Origin: Octopus sinensis
Lineage: Eukaryota
Direction of reading: 5' to 3'
Assembly: GCF_006345805.1 (NCBI RefSeq)
Contig: NC_043020.1
Span: forward strand, 29,388,001 to 29,452,000
DNA: 64,000 nucleotides
Below, piece by piece: positions 13,915-28,849 of this stretch; the first letter of the stretch is position 1, and each line of letters starts with the position of its first letter. The position numbers and the translations under genes are program-made. Below the pieces are notes generated by a model that was given only the letters and a program-made list of their open reading frames with translations, was not told the DNA's origin and made no database searches.

Positions 13915-14130
13915 TTTTTATACTCATATGCACCAGAAACAAGTACTACCTACCAACAAGATATTGAAAATAAATTGTGATCAACAGAAAGAGCCGTGGA
14001 AAGAAGAATGCTGAAGATTGACAAAATGGAATTGGAGAAACAACAGAAGAATGGCAACGCGTTTAATGGATGTTATCTGGGAAATAAAAAAAAACCCTCT
14101 GAAATGGTCTTTGGTGGGACATGTTGCTTA
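13915..14130 (+). mobile_element. RTE-clade LINE reverse transcriptase C-terminal fragment
   Basis: Translation YSYAPET...ENKL*STERAVERRMLKI...KWSLVGHVA matches the RTE pattern YGxETW...QRAMERRML...KWxWAGHVAR. Confidence 0.8.
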
Positions 14131-14457
14131 GCCACAGGTTACAGCTGTGTAAACTTATAACCAAAGGCGTTTCAATCATGGCCATCCTGTTTTCTTTTAG
14201 TCAAATAGTGTATTCCTTCTATCTGACCATTTTTAGCAATTTAACATTTTATGGTTCCTAGATTTTTCATTTGGTGTACAGAGGAGAAGGCTTTGGCATT
14301 CACTTGCATTATTGAAGGTTAGGGCGCTATCAGCGACATATTTATCATCACTATCGATCAAAAGAAAAGCCAATCGAATTAATACTAAACTTTAAAAGAA
14401 ATATTTTTAAAAATAACATAAGTTCTGTGATCCACTTGTTTGACTAAAACCCTTCAG

Positions 14458-14652
14458 GGCGGTGCCCCAGCATGGCCGAAGTCTGGTGGTGTGTTTACGT
14501 CCCCGTAACTTAGCGGTTCGGCTAAAGAGACCGATAGAATAAGTACTAGGCTTCAAAAGAATAAGTCCTGGGGTCGATTTGCTCGACTAAAGGCGGTGCT
14601 CCAGCATGGCCGCAGTCAAATGACTGAAACAAGTAAAAGAGTAAAAGAGTAT
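14458..14652 (+). mobile_element. Family-C SINE-like repeat (GAGACCGATAGAATAAGTACTAGG...GGCGGTGCTCCAGCATGGCCGCAGTC...AAAAGAGT tail)
   Basis: Internal duplication of GGCGGTGCYCCAGCATGGCCG and a short tandem tail; a diverged reverse copy lies at 44522-44660. Confidence 0.8.
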
Positions 14653-14723
14653 AAGAGTATAATATATATATTATATATATAATATATATTATATATATAT
14701 ATATTATATATATTATATATAAG

Positions 14724-14799
<76 letters not shown>

Positions 14800-15117
14800 C
14801 AGACAGACAGACAGACTTTTAGAGGTATACACAAACGAGTTCAGTCACAGGCGACCGCATGCACAAACACATGGCCACCCGTATCACCGCTGCCACCCCT
14901 TACGATATTACTGTTCTTTACAACATTTTATTAACCACCAAATCCATTTTACTCCGCCACCCGTATTTCAACACACCCCTCACTTCCCGCTACTTCACCC
15001 CCCTCTTCTTTGCTCCTTGTCATCTACTGAGTGACCCTCTTCAATAAAATCGCACCCCCTAATGTCTCGAAGTATGTCTAAGAACACCTTGGAGTAAAGA
15101 GTGGAGGCAAACTTTCT

Positions 15118-15147
15118 GCACACATACACACTCATACATACATACAT

Positions 15148-15180
<33 letters not shown>

Positions 15181-16061
15181 TACATACATACATACATACA
15201 TACATACATACATACATACATACATACACACATACATACATACATACATGCATGCATACATACATACATACATACATACATACATACATACACACATACA
15301 TACACACATCATACATACATACATGCATGCATACATACAAACATACATACATACACACACATACGATTAAATGAATGAACTACAGACACACACACAGCTG
15401 TGTATATGCGTGTGTGGGTATAAATGCGCACGTGTAAAGGTGTGTACGGGTGTATATGCATATGTATTTATATACGGCTATATATGCATGTGTGTGTATG
15501 TATACTCCCATGCACACACACACACACACACACACACGCAGACATATACATACAGTCAGATATATATACATACATAAATAAATACAAACATGTTAATACA
15601 TACCCACAGACATATACCTACAAAAACGCATACACGTACACCCGTACACACCTCTACACGTACGCACTTATACACACACACTCACACACACACGTATACA
15701 CACATGCGCGCGCGCTTATACACACCTGAGTGTGTGTCTGAATTTCATTCATTTATTTCTTCATTCATGGAACTCTGGTTTCTTTTTCCTTTCTCTTTCC
15801 CCGCCTCCCACCCCCCGCTTCCACACACATTACACATACAGCATACACACACACACACACTCTCCCCTTCTTCTATCCCCCTCTCTCCTTCTCTCCCTGT
15901 CTCTCTATCTCTCTATCCATCTCCATCTCCGTTTCATTCATGCAGTTCCTATTTTCGTTCATCTTTTTCCTCTCACCGCCACCCTTATTACTCTCCTTTT
16001 CACTCTCTCTTCTCAACTCTTACACTCACTCTTTCACACACCACACACACGCGCGCGCGCG

Positions 16062-16100
<39 letters not shown>

Positions 16101-16347
16101 ACACACACACACATGCAACACATACACACACACACACATGCACACACATGCACGCATGCAACCACACGCACACGCAAACACCTGACATACCCCTCCTCTC
16201 TGTCTCTCTGTATTTCATTCATGCGATTTCCATTTTTGGTCATAGCTCACACATACGCGAGCTTACACGCACGCACACATACATACCCTCACACCATCAT
16301 ACATACGAACACCTCACATCACATTCCCATCTCTCCCTCTCCCTCTT

Positions 16348-16380
<33 letters not shown>

Positions 16381-16487
16381 CACCTCTCTCTCTATTTCTA
16401 TTTCATTCATGCAATTTCCATATTTGGAAATTGCTCACGCACATATGCACGCCTGAACCTCAGAGCCCTACGCACGCGCATTCACAC

Positions 16488-16525
<38 letters not shown>

Positions 16526-16842
16526 TCACACACACGCACACACACATACACACACACACGCACACATACACACATACACACACACACGCACACATACATA
16601 CATTCACTCACACGCACACACGCGCTCACACACAATTCTTTAAACCGTACATACGCACACAGATATTACACGCGATTAGTATACACACACTTCCTCTATA
16701 CACACTACAGTCTCTACATAAACACATTACACACACCACACACACACACATTACATATTACACATGCACACACATACAAACTGAATATACACTTTACACA
16801 TCCAGACTTATAAATTACACGCACACATACTACATACTATAT

Positions 16843-16882
<40 letters not shown>

Positions 16883-18700
16883 TTCTCATACGCGTGCGTG
16901 TAAATGCACACATTTCACGCACGCTCACGCGCACCTGCACACATCACACATTTTAGCGTTTCCCTTCATCTCCGTTCCATTCATGTATCTACCGTATCAT
17001 TCATTAATGCACCAGCATCCACCCCACCCCCACCCCGCCGCCGCCTCACCCTCACGTGGTTTTTCCACTTTCTGACCCCCGAATGCACATCTCAAACTAC
17101 ACGCGCATACACACATACATACACACACACACACACATGCACACATACATACACACACACACACACATGCACACATACATACACACACACACGCACACAT
17201 ACACACATGTATACGCACATATACTACACATATTATCTCTCTCTTTCGCTTTCTCTACCTCTCTCACTCACTCCCTCTTTTTCTTTTTCTTTCTCTTTCT
17301 CTCTCTTTTTCTCTCTCTATACGCATATGCACGTATGTGTGTGTGGTGTGTGTGTGTGTGTGTGTACATGTTTACATTCACAAATTTATTTCATACATCT
17401 CTAACGCACATATATATATACCCAGATACAACACACACATAGATGGACATATCTGCATACAGGCACACACACACACACACACATATACATCACACTTAAG
17501 CACATCTTCCATACATACATATACATACACATACTCTCTGTACACACACACTTGCACACACGTATATATATATAGAATTCATTCATCTCTGTCGCACAAA
17601 TAGTTGTATACTTAGATACAAAAGGCACGCACATATACACACACGCATACTTGCACACACATCCACACACACACACCTAAACACACGCACACACACACAT
17701 CGTGCATACACACCTACTACACCTATTTCATTCATGAAGCTTCCAAATTTGTTCGTATTTCACCTCCGCCACCACCGCCACCTCTCGCCTCACACACACA
17801 CGCGCGCACGCATTTCCTTACACGACCACGAACACGCGCGTGCGCGCATGTACACAAACTCCCTCAATTCATCTCTCTTTCTCTTCATCAATTATTCTCT
17901 CTCTTTCCCTCTTTTTCTAAACCTCTGTCTCTCTGTCTCTCTCTCTCTTTCTCTCCTTCCTCTCCTTCCTCTCCTTTACGCACGCACTTTCCCAAAACGC
18001 ATTCATCATTTGATCCCCCCCACCCGACGCCTCCTTCATCCATTCATAGTTTCCTTCTTTCCTCGTTCACCTCCACCCCGCCGCCTCTCCCGTCTCTTCT
18101 CCTCATCCTCATCCATTCACAACTTTTTCGACTCATTCATTTCTCTTCCTCATCATCATCCTCCCCTTTCATGCCTAACTTTTTCCACTTCTCCCTTACT
18201 CCGCCTCCCTTCTTCATTCACAACTTTTTCCTCTCCTACCTTCATCCTCATCCACCTCCCACCTTCCATCATCTCCCTCATTCATTCATACGTTTTCATC
18301 TCCTCCTCATCCTCCCCCTCCGCCATTCTTCAATCCTTCACTCAACATTCATTCATGCTTTTCCACTGAATGAAGCTTCCATCCAACACGCGCGCGCGCA
18401 CATAAACACGCACACACACATGTACACACACACACACATTTAAACATATGTACACACATATATATGCACATACACACTAATTCACACGCAGACACATATG
18501 TACACACTTACACACATACCTACACGCACACACACATAAACGCACACTAGTTCACAAACGCAAACATATGTAGATACATACACATACGCATACCTACACG
18601 CACACACACATACACATACACACGCACGCACTAATTCACATACACACGCACACACATGCACACGCATAAGTCTACCGCCCTACCCCACAGGTACCCGTTT
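15118..18700. repeat. Extended (CA)/(CATA)/(CT)-rich microsatellite field with higher-order recurring motifs
   Basis: Simple repeats punctuated by TTTCATTCATG...TTTCC. Confidence 0.9.
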
Positions 18701-19109
18701 CTATTACTATTGTTGAAAACAATTCCATTTATTTCACCCGGGTACATCACCACCCCTTTATAGCACCCCAACCTCCCTCCACCATCACCAACAGACTGAA
18801 CAGACCCTTTCTGCCATCCGCTGACCACTGTACCTACCAGTGACCCCTCAACAAAACACTTCTATCCCACCTCCACCCCTATTCTCTACTGCACTGCACC
18901 GTGCCCCTTGAATCTGGTGTAAAGGCTCTCAAACGCTTCTTGCTGGAATCGAACCCTGCTCGACAGCTTCTACTCTTGTCACGTCTCCGTCTTGACTGCT
19001 TACTACCACAGCGTTGCATTCATCTCTCGACGGCATACTACAACATTACTCACAACTACCGCTCCAACACTGTCGCCAATACTAGAAAATGCCACCGAGA
19101 ACATCATTC

Positions 19110-19513
19110 ACAACACCACTACCACCACCACCCTCATCGTCGTCGTCGTCATCGCCACCGCCATCACCAGTATCACAAGCACCATTCACAAGCACCATTC
19201 ACGGCGACACCACCGTTGCGAAACAGCAGCAGCAGCAGCAGCAACAGCATTCATAACACGCCGCCACCACCACTACCACCACCACCACCACAACAACAAC
19301 AATAGCAACAACAACAACAACATGCAGGAGCAACGTTCACACCGCCACCTCTGCCATCACTATCACAACCACCAACATCATTCACAACATTACCTCCACC
19401 ACCACCACCACCGCCACCGTCGCTCTCACCAACTTCGCGAACAGTAACACCGCCGTCACCTCAGCAACACCATGGACGAAACCCTTTGCATTTTATTAAT
19501 AAAGAAATTGTTA

Positions 19514-19555
<42 letters not shown>

Positions 19556-20460
19556 TATTATTATTATCGTTGTTGTTGTTGTGGTTGTAGTACTGGTGGT
19601 GGTGGTGGTGGCGGTTGCAGCAATGGAAGGCTTAAAATATCAATGGTCAATAAGTGAGGTGGGTGAGTTGTAAATTTAGTGAATGAAAGCAGAGAGAGAG
19701 AGAGAGAGAGAGAGAGGGATATTGCTTCTATGAGGACGGCGATGGCGATGATTACGACGACGACGATACTGATGAAGAAAGTGGTGGTGGTGATGGTGGT
19801 GGTGGTGGTGGTGGCGGTGGTGGTGGTGGTGGTGGTGTGGTGGTGGTGGTGGTGGTGGTGGTGGTGGTGGTGGTGGTGGTGGTGTAGTGATGGTGGTGCA
19901 ACGGTATGAATAACAAATAATAATACTATTTGCAGCTAAATACGTTTGTTGGATGCGTACGATATTGCAGCTGTTTGTGTTACTGCTGTTGCTGCTGCCG
20001 AAGATGATGATGATGATGATGATGGTGTTGGCAATAGTGGTTATGGTGGTGATGGGGGAAGGGGGGTGGTGCTGAGGAAAGAAAAAAAGAAAGAAAGGAA
20101 GAACGAAAGAGAGAGAGAGAGAGGGAGAGCCCGGGCGACATCGCAGTCGTCGCTAGTGGAAGAATCTAATGCGGCGACGGCGACGGCGATGGCGACAGTG
20201 GTGGTGGTGGTGGTGGTTGTGGTGGTGGTGGTGGTGGTTGAGGGTTTTTCGCGTCTAGTGATAATAATGTTTATTGGAAATAATAGTGGAGCTGCTGCTG
20301 CTGCTGCTACTAATACTACATCTCGCTAGAACTGCTACTGCTACAACTACTACTACTACTACAGCTACTACTGTTACTACTACTACTACTACTATTACTA
20401 CTATTACCACCACCGCCGCCGCCGCCACCACTGCAAAAGAGCTGTAGTAGTGTTGTTGCT
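19110..20460. repeat. Trinucleotide-repeat field (CAC/CAA/TGG/GAT/CTA)
   Basis: Simple repeats, e.g. (TGG)n at 19790-19885. Confidence 0.9.
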
Positions 20461-20532
20461 GACAGTAACATTGGTTGTAAGCTAGCATCTTGGGTCAGCA
20501 CCTTTGATGGTGAATGGGATGCGTTTAAGCTC

Positions 20533-20540
20533 TGACGTCA
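20533..20540. promoter_or_regulatory. Perfect CRE palindrome TGACGTCA in a CpG-containing unique-sequence island
   Basis: Motif read directly; function unproven, and an 8-mer can occur by chance in 64 kb. Confidence 0.25.
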
Positions 20541-21207
20541 CAACTCGGCGCACGGCTATGAATGAGCCAGCAATCCCAGAATGCAGCAGTCTTCGCTGGT
20601 ACTTATTGATTGCCTGCCGTACAGCCTCTCATGCTTTACAACCGTTTCTAGCTGAAGTGGAGTCAGCCACGGAGAAATACGCAGATTCCGCTTGATGTCG
20701 AAAAACACATTCATAATTTCGCCTTTGAATTCTACTCCAACACTTATACGCGCTTTTACCTTTTTACATTCATAATTCGGAGCGCGCGCAATTCGCAAGC
20801 AAGTCGTGTGCACGAGCAAGTCTTCTTCTTCTTCTTTTTCTTCTTCTTCATCGTTGCCGTCTACTGTTACATTGAGAAAAATCTCCTTGCATCAGATTCT
20901 CTCAATCGCACTGCCACATACAACCATGTTCTACTATATTACGCCGTTTACTACCAATTTCCAACAAGACGGTTTTTACTACCAACACCGCACAGCCTTA
21001 CTTCGCTATCATTATTTTTACATTTTCACCGAATTTCCAACAAAATACCACTGTCTTCGCAACCAAACAAACCAACCACCATAAAAACACACACATATAT
21101 ATATATATATATTATATTTATTTATCTCTACATACAAGACAAGCTTCTTCATCGCTGCACGTACAAATGTCTACGCTCTCACACAAACACACACCTAAAT
21201 ACTAGCA

Positions 21208-21256
<49 letters not shown>

Positions 21257-22859
21257 ACATACATACATACATACACACACATATATATATATATATATGC
21301 GTGTATGAAAATACTATCGCCATCATCATCATTGTCATCAAGATTGTATGCATTGTTGTTGTCGAAGTCATCGTTGTCGTATCACCATTTGAGACCCTGG
21401 AAAAATTTAGATTTACGCTAACGGAAAATTCTGCAACAGATTCAGCATTATGAATTAGAATCGCTCTTGCACACACATAACCATTTTCATCTACGGACAC
21501 GAGCTACACAAATACAAACATACAAACATACAAACAAACACAAATATATCTTTATATATATATTTATATATACACATACAAACATACATTCATACATAAA
21601 TATTTCAACAGTGATGAACAGGAATACGCACATACGTATAAACGATTCTTACGGAAGAATGTATACACATATATACGCATAGTACGATTTTTCCATTCAT
21701 GCGCATCTAACGCATCGGAGAAGCTGCCTTGCTGATGTAGTAAAGTTACTACTACGATCGAAGACATTCGCTCGCTCGCTCGTTCACTCGCTCACAAACG
21801 CACACAACTCTCCGAGCTTTTCGCATATTACAACGAGAACCGATTGCATTCATGATGTGCGTGTTTTAGCTGTTCGTTCAGATACGCGTATATATGAATG
21901 TAAATGTATACACACACAGAGACACATATAAACATAACCATACCTACACACACACACACACACACACACATAAACATATACATACCTACACACATAAACA
22001 TATACATACCTACACACACACACACATATATATATATATTTATGTGTGTGTGTGTGTGCAAGATATATTTGTAAATATTAGCAGGTGCGCGATTGATGTA
22101 CCATCGGAAATGCTTTATATATACACACATACACACATATTTATTTATGTTTATATATATGTATGTATACATACATACATGTATACATACAAACAAATTC
22201 ACACACACATGCATACATACATACATACATACATACATACATACATACATACATACATACATACATACACACGTACACACACACACGTGTAGACGCTGAC
22301 ACGCAACCACTGTGCGTAGAAAGGAGTCGTACGTAGTAAGTGTCATCACCGTATAACGTGCTCGTAACACAGGCGTACTACTAGCATACATAGAAGAAGC
22401 ATGCCGCCGTATTCTGTATACGCACATAGCTATACGCACACCTTCACAGATCAATGAATGGCCGACAATCGCTAGATTCGCTACGAGGAGTTTGTAGTGT
22501 GGTGGTTCACTACTATTGTATATGATATGATGGTGATGACGACGGCTACGATGCTCTTTCTTCTTGTTGATGACGATGATGATGATGACATGACGGAGCT
22601 TTATCATTATTATTACTATTACTATTAGTATTATTATTATTTTTATTATTATTATTTTTATTATTATTGTTATTATTATTACTTTTGCGTTGATAGTAGA
22701 GTTGATGGTATCACCAGTAACGGCGGCGGTGGAGCTAGTGGTGGTTGCGTTGATGGTGGTGGTGGTGGTGTTGTTTGTTGTTGTTGGTAGAGGTGGTGGT
22801 TCTGGTGGTGGCCTCGACCATTATAATTATTAAAAACTAAAGATTTTTAATAATTATAT

Positions 22860-22862
22860 ATA

Positions 22863-22905
<43 letters not shown>

Positions 22906-23082
22906 CATACATACAAACAGTCATATATATATATATGCATATATATATATATGTATATATATGTGTGTATATACATAAGTATGCACATACACACGCATGC
23001 ACACATACATACACACACTTGCACGCACACACACACGCACACAAATACGTATGTACATATACATATAAATACATATACATAC

Positions 23083-23135
<53 letters not shown>

Positions 23136-23720
23136 TATATGTATGACAACTTGTTAAGGAATAGAGAACAGTGCAACCACACACTTGCAAAGGAGAAAAG
23201 AAGGAAGGTCGAAGAAGACAAAAGAGTGGAAAAAAAAACAAAAAACAAAAAACAAGATGATAATATTCGCGGGACCAAAATATTTTGCAATGGGACCAAG
23301 AGAAGAATTCGAAATTGGAAAACCAAAGTCAGGAGAAACGTAAGCATCGATTTTGAATTCTTTCTATGTTTGTATGTGTGTGTGTGAGGGAGAGAAAGAA
23401 GTGGGGGAGGGAAAAAAGATAGGAAGACAGTGTGGGTGTGTATGTGAGCGTGTAAGTGTTTAGGGGCGTGAGGTTGTATGCCTGTTATATATATTTGTGT
23501 GAGTGTTTGTGTTCAACATTGTCAAAGTTTATTGTCATTCAAAGCATGAAAATTCGTGTGTGTGCATATATATATATATGCATGTGTACATATATATGCG
23601 TGTGTGCATATACAAACATATGTATATATATATATATATATTTACATATAAGTACACATAAATATATATATATATATATAATATATATAATATATATACA
23701 TACACACATACACATTTATA

Positions 23721-23776
<56 letters not shown>

Positions 23777-23923
23777 ACATATATGTTTGTATGTATGCTT
23801 GCATGTATGTATGTGCGTGTGCATGTAAGTTTATATATTCATATATTTATATATCTATGAGTTTGTTAGTGTGTATATATGCAAGCGTGCAAAAAATCAT
23901 TCATTGCACTGCATATACACACA

Positions 23924-23974
<51 letters not shown>

Positions 23975-24707
23975 GTGCGTGTGTGTATGCTTTTATATAT
24001 ATATATATATACACATTTTACGCATATGCTTCTGTATATATATGTATATGAGCATATATATGTATATATATACAGATATGTGTGTGTTTGTTGTGTGTAT
24101 GTATATATGAATATATATGTATATATGACGGTTATCGAGATCTTGTGTGCAGTTTTAAATTTGCATAGCGCCACTTTGATTCTATATATGGTATTTTCAA
24201 TCTGTGAAAAAAAAAAAAAAGAAAGAAAAAAAAGATAAGCCTGCGAGTTTATTGCATTTTCGAAGAAGAATTATTCTTGAGATTGGTAATTTTCAACATG
24301 TCCACCGTCGTCACGTAGATAAACTTGCAATGCGATTCTGAAGTTCTAGGAATACCTTTTGCAGTTGATTTCCAGTTCCACCCAGAATCAAATTTGGTAC
24401 CTACGCTTGCATTGCAAGCCATCTATAGAACATGGTTTAGTTCAACGAAGACAAGTCTTTACATGTCTTCACATAAAATATGATTTTTAGAAATTATTAA
24501 TTTTTTTTTTTTTGTTTGCCAAAAAAATATTTAGAAAAATAATTCTAATAATTGCTATTTTGATTATACAAATGCATCAGGCTTCTAAAAGTTTTTGCCA
24601 TTATTATTCTTATTTTAATGATTAAATCTAAATTGCAAAGATCTGAAGTTATAAAACAATTTAGATTTTTAAAAATCATATTTTATTAGACCTCTAAAAT
24701 ACCCTTG

Positions 24708-24753
<46 letters not shown>

Positions 24754-25017
24754 TATATATATAGGCGTGGAAATTGATTTCTCGTTCTTGGAGTTGCAAG
24801 AATAAAATATTTGCAAAACCTTGCTACGTCTAACGGCGACGGATGCTAGCCTCCACAGCATCTAGGCTCAATGCTTTTCGTTTTCCTATAATTTTACCAT
24901 CTATAGGTGCATCGCTTTTGTCGCTGTATGCATCCATGTATGTTGTCTCTTAAATTGACATTTCGGAAAATTTCTTTCCTTGTAGCATCTAGATAGCATT
25001 CTGCCGATGTGTGGTGG

Positions 25018-25077
<60 letters not shown>

Positions 25078-25363
25078 ATAATATATATAATATATATATA
25101 TATATATGCTTCAGTTAATACATATTATATATGTGCATATATTATTTATATAGATTCTCGCGTATACACAATTTGCTGCCTAGATTTTTGTATATACATA
25201 CATTCATGCATGCATAAATACAGACATGCAAATATGCGTACGTACATAGATACGTGCATGCATGCACACATACTTACATAAATACATAGAAACAATGCAT
25301 CGATTCATAATGTGCATACATACAGAGTTGCATTTTATATTAAATCCCATTAATCACACATGG

Positions 25364-25458
<95 letters not shown>

Positions 25459-25716
25459 TATATTATATATACACACACACATATAGATACATATATGTAT
25501 GAATGCATGTATGAATGTATGTATGTATGTATGTATGCATGTATAAAGTCTTTGAATATTCATGTGTGCTAAATATGTCTTAACATGTACCTATATATGG
25601 AAATATATATTATAATATATATGTGTATGTATATATACACGCAGACTACATATCTGTGTGTGTGTGTGTGTATGCATGTATGTATGAATATATATATATA
25701 TATATGCATGTGTGTA

Positions 25717-25767
<51 letters not shown>

Positions 25768-25800
25768 TTGTATGTATGAATGTATATATATATATATTGC
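22860..25800. repeat. (TA)n/(CA)n/(TG)n microsatellite field
   Basis: Simple repeats interspersed with short unique pieces. Confidence 0.9.
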
Positions 25801-26244
25801 ATTGTAAAATATAATAATATGAGGAAATGATTCCATGGTATATAATTCTTTATTTACTCTTTCCATGTAAAATCAATGGCTCATATTAAATGCAAAATAT
25901 ATTCTCGCCTTTTTTTTATTTTTTGTTTTTTTTACTTATATATTTATTTATTTATTTATTTATTTATTGGCAACTTGGCAAAAGTGTTTTTTTTTTTAAG
26001 TGACACAAACGAACCGTTCCGTTGCAAAGCAACGAATTCTTGCAACGGCAGAGGTGCAGAGAGCATTTTGCGGAACCCTTGCACATCCATTTGTTTCAAT
26101 AACTCTTCCATTCTGTCTCTGCATGCATATCGAACCTGTTGCATTCGATTCTCCAATTCTCTGATTTTCCGATTTTGGGATTCTCTTCAATCTCTTAACA
26201 TCATCTTCCTAAGATTGTATCTGTAATTGCTTTCTCCCTGTCGA

Positions 26245-26278
<34 letters not shown>

Positions 26279-26679
26279 GAGTGTGTATAATATATATATA
26301 TATATTACATTTGGTGCAGGGAAGCCCAGGTTGACGTTACCGTCTTTGGTAATAGACGACCATAGAGCCGAGCGCACGCGCGCACGCACCTGTCTCTTCG
26401 AGCTTTTATATTCTTTGGCAGCAGTTTTATAATGGAGGAATGACCTCCGATGGAATCGAAATATCTCACCTGTAAATAGATGGTCTGGGAGACCTTTGCA
26501 AACAGTCAGAGCGATATACGGACAGACGGACGGGCAGAAAGACGGGCAGGCATGCAGGCAGACAGACGATGACCATTGCAACGGATATATATATATATAT
26601 AATGCTAGATAGTTAGTTGTTTGGTTTTTAACAGATTAAGTGGATTCACAAACAACAGCGATGACAACAATAGCAACAC

Positions 26680-26718
<39 letters not shown>

Positions 26719-26819
26719 TAATAATAATAATGATGGTGTTGGTGTTTCTTTATTTGCCAAAAGAAAACAAAAAAAGCAGTGAAGGAAGATATTCCAATGG
26801 TATGGCAGGAATATACCAA

Positions 26820-26850
<31 letters not shown>

Positions 26851-27454
26851 GGCGATGATAGTGATGATGGTGATGATGATGATGATGGTGAGTGCGGTGG
26901 TACTGAGGCTGTTCCTGGTACTAGTGGTTGCTGACGTTTGGTCTGGTTTGGTTTATTGGTGGTGGTCATGTTAGGCTGGCGAAGTGGTTGTAGGAGGACG
27001 CGAAGATGTATTAAATGCAACGTTTGTGTGATGATGGCAATGATGATGATGATGATGATTTGTGTTGCTAAATTAATTTAAGTATCCCCCCCCCGACCGA
27101 CCGATCTTATCTTTATCGCTATGATGGGAATTGGTGGGTGGGGTGGGCGGCGAGGGGGGGGGTGATTGGGGAAAAGAAAAAGGAAAGGAAAAAGGATGGG
27201 AGAAAAAAAAAACGAATGGAAGGAAAGAAGGAAGAAAAAAGGCGATGAGGAGAGGAAGCTGTGGCTGAATGCCTCGTCTGTGGAGAATGTCTTTTAGTCT
27301 GAGCATAAAAAGAGAGAAGGTTAATGCGATTCTGTGATGTTTGGAATAAGAGAAACACCCACGCACGGTATGGTGTAGATGTTGCTGGCAACTAGCAGCA
27401 GAAAATGTAGATATGCAGAGAGAATGAGTGAGTGAGCGAGAGAGAGAGAGACAG

Positions 27455-27489
<35 letters not shown>

Positions 27490-27685
27490 TAATATGCAAG
27501 AAATGGTTTGTGTGTATGTGTGAGAGAGAGTTTGTGTATGTGCGCGTGTGTCTACAGAAACAGCCTTATTCATTAAAATGTGTGTGTGTGTATGTATATG
27601 TATGTATATACATGTATGCATATACATGTATGTGTGTGTGTGTGTACGTATAAATAGATCTATATGTGTATATATATATATACAG

Positions 27686-27717
<32 letters not shown>

Positions 27718-28849
27718 TACTGTATATATATATATATGTATATATGTACGTATATATATATATATATGTATATGTGTATATGTGTAAATATATTTATATA
27801 TATGTATATGCGTGTGTATATATGTATATGTAAGTATATATATATACATGTAATGTGTGTATATATATATATATATATATATGCATATGTGTGTGTATAT
27901 ATGTATATGCACATTTATGTATATATAAAGATGCATATGTGTATATGTAAGTGTGTGTAGATATGTATGTATATATGTATGTATGTGTGTGTTGGTGTAT
28001 GTGTATGTATATATAAAGAGAGAAAGCGTCTGTGTATATGTGTGTGCGCGTGCGTGTGTGTGTGCGCGTGCGTGTGTGTGTGTTTGTGTGTGTTATTGAT
28101 GTTTCTTCCCCATCTAGACCTGATCCCGGAGACGTTACACACATGACCATCCTGTAATCTTTTCAGACTTAGTGCATCTAGGACTACATTATCAAATGTT
28201 TTGTTACTATTTAGCCCAAGGTCGGCCATGATCCAGGAGGTTTGTGATCAAAGGCGTTCCAGATGCACCCATTTTATGCTTTTTATGAGGATGAAATAAT
28301 GTATCTCCGACCACATTATTCAAAGGGGTGCCAGTGAATTTTGAACCAGCAAACCTGTTGTTCAAGGTGTTCCACTGGTGATTATTCTAGGTTTATACAG
28401 ACACATAGAGAGGTTTTATAAAAAGAACGAGAGAGAAAGAGAGAGATAGAGAGAGAGAGGGAGAGAGGGAGGTGAGTGAATGAGGTTAAAAAGGGAAAAG
28501 AACAGAAAGGACGAAGTAGATTGAAAGAGAGAGAAAGAGAGAGGGAACTGAAAGAGAGCCAGAGTTAAAACAGGAGAGAGAGAGAGAGAAGAGAGGGTGA
28601 GCAAGAGAGGAAAGAGCAAGTAGGAAGAGAATTAATAAAAAATGAAGGATCAGTTATATATGGGAAAGGGGTGTGGGGGTAAAATAGTTGTGACGAAGTG
28701 GGGTGGCAGTCGATAAAACAAGGTATGAATGCTGAAAGGGTAATTGTGAGGAGGTTGGAGTGTTGGAGTGAGGTGATGTTCTTGGCAATAAGGGTGAGTA
28801 AAGCTGGCTGACCTTTAGGAGGACTGTGTTGACCGCTGAGTGATGAAAG

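Noticed and set aside
21828-22607. 259-aa ORF with LLVANLAIVG resembling a GPCR helix
   Set aside because: The similarity is limited to a few residues; the frame begins and ends in microsatellite and has no further TM pattern.
26465-26495. Minus-strand 24-nt microexon (AAAG/GTCTCC...TTACAG/GTGAGA)
   Set aside because: Splice-like motifs this short are expected by chance; no supporting neighbour exons.
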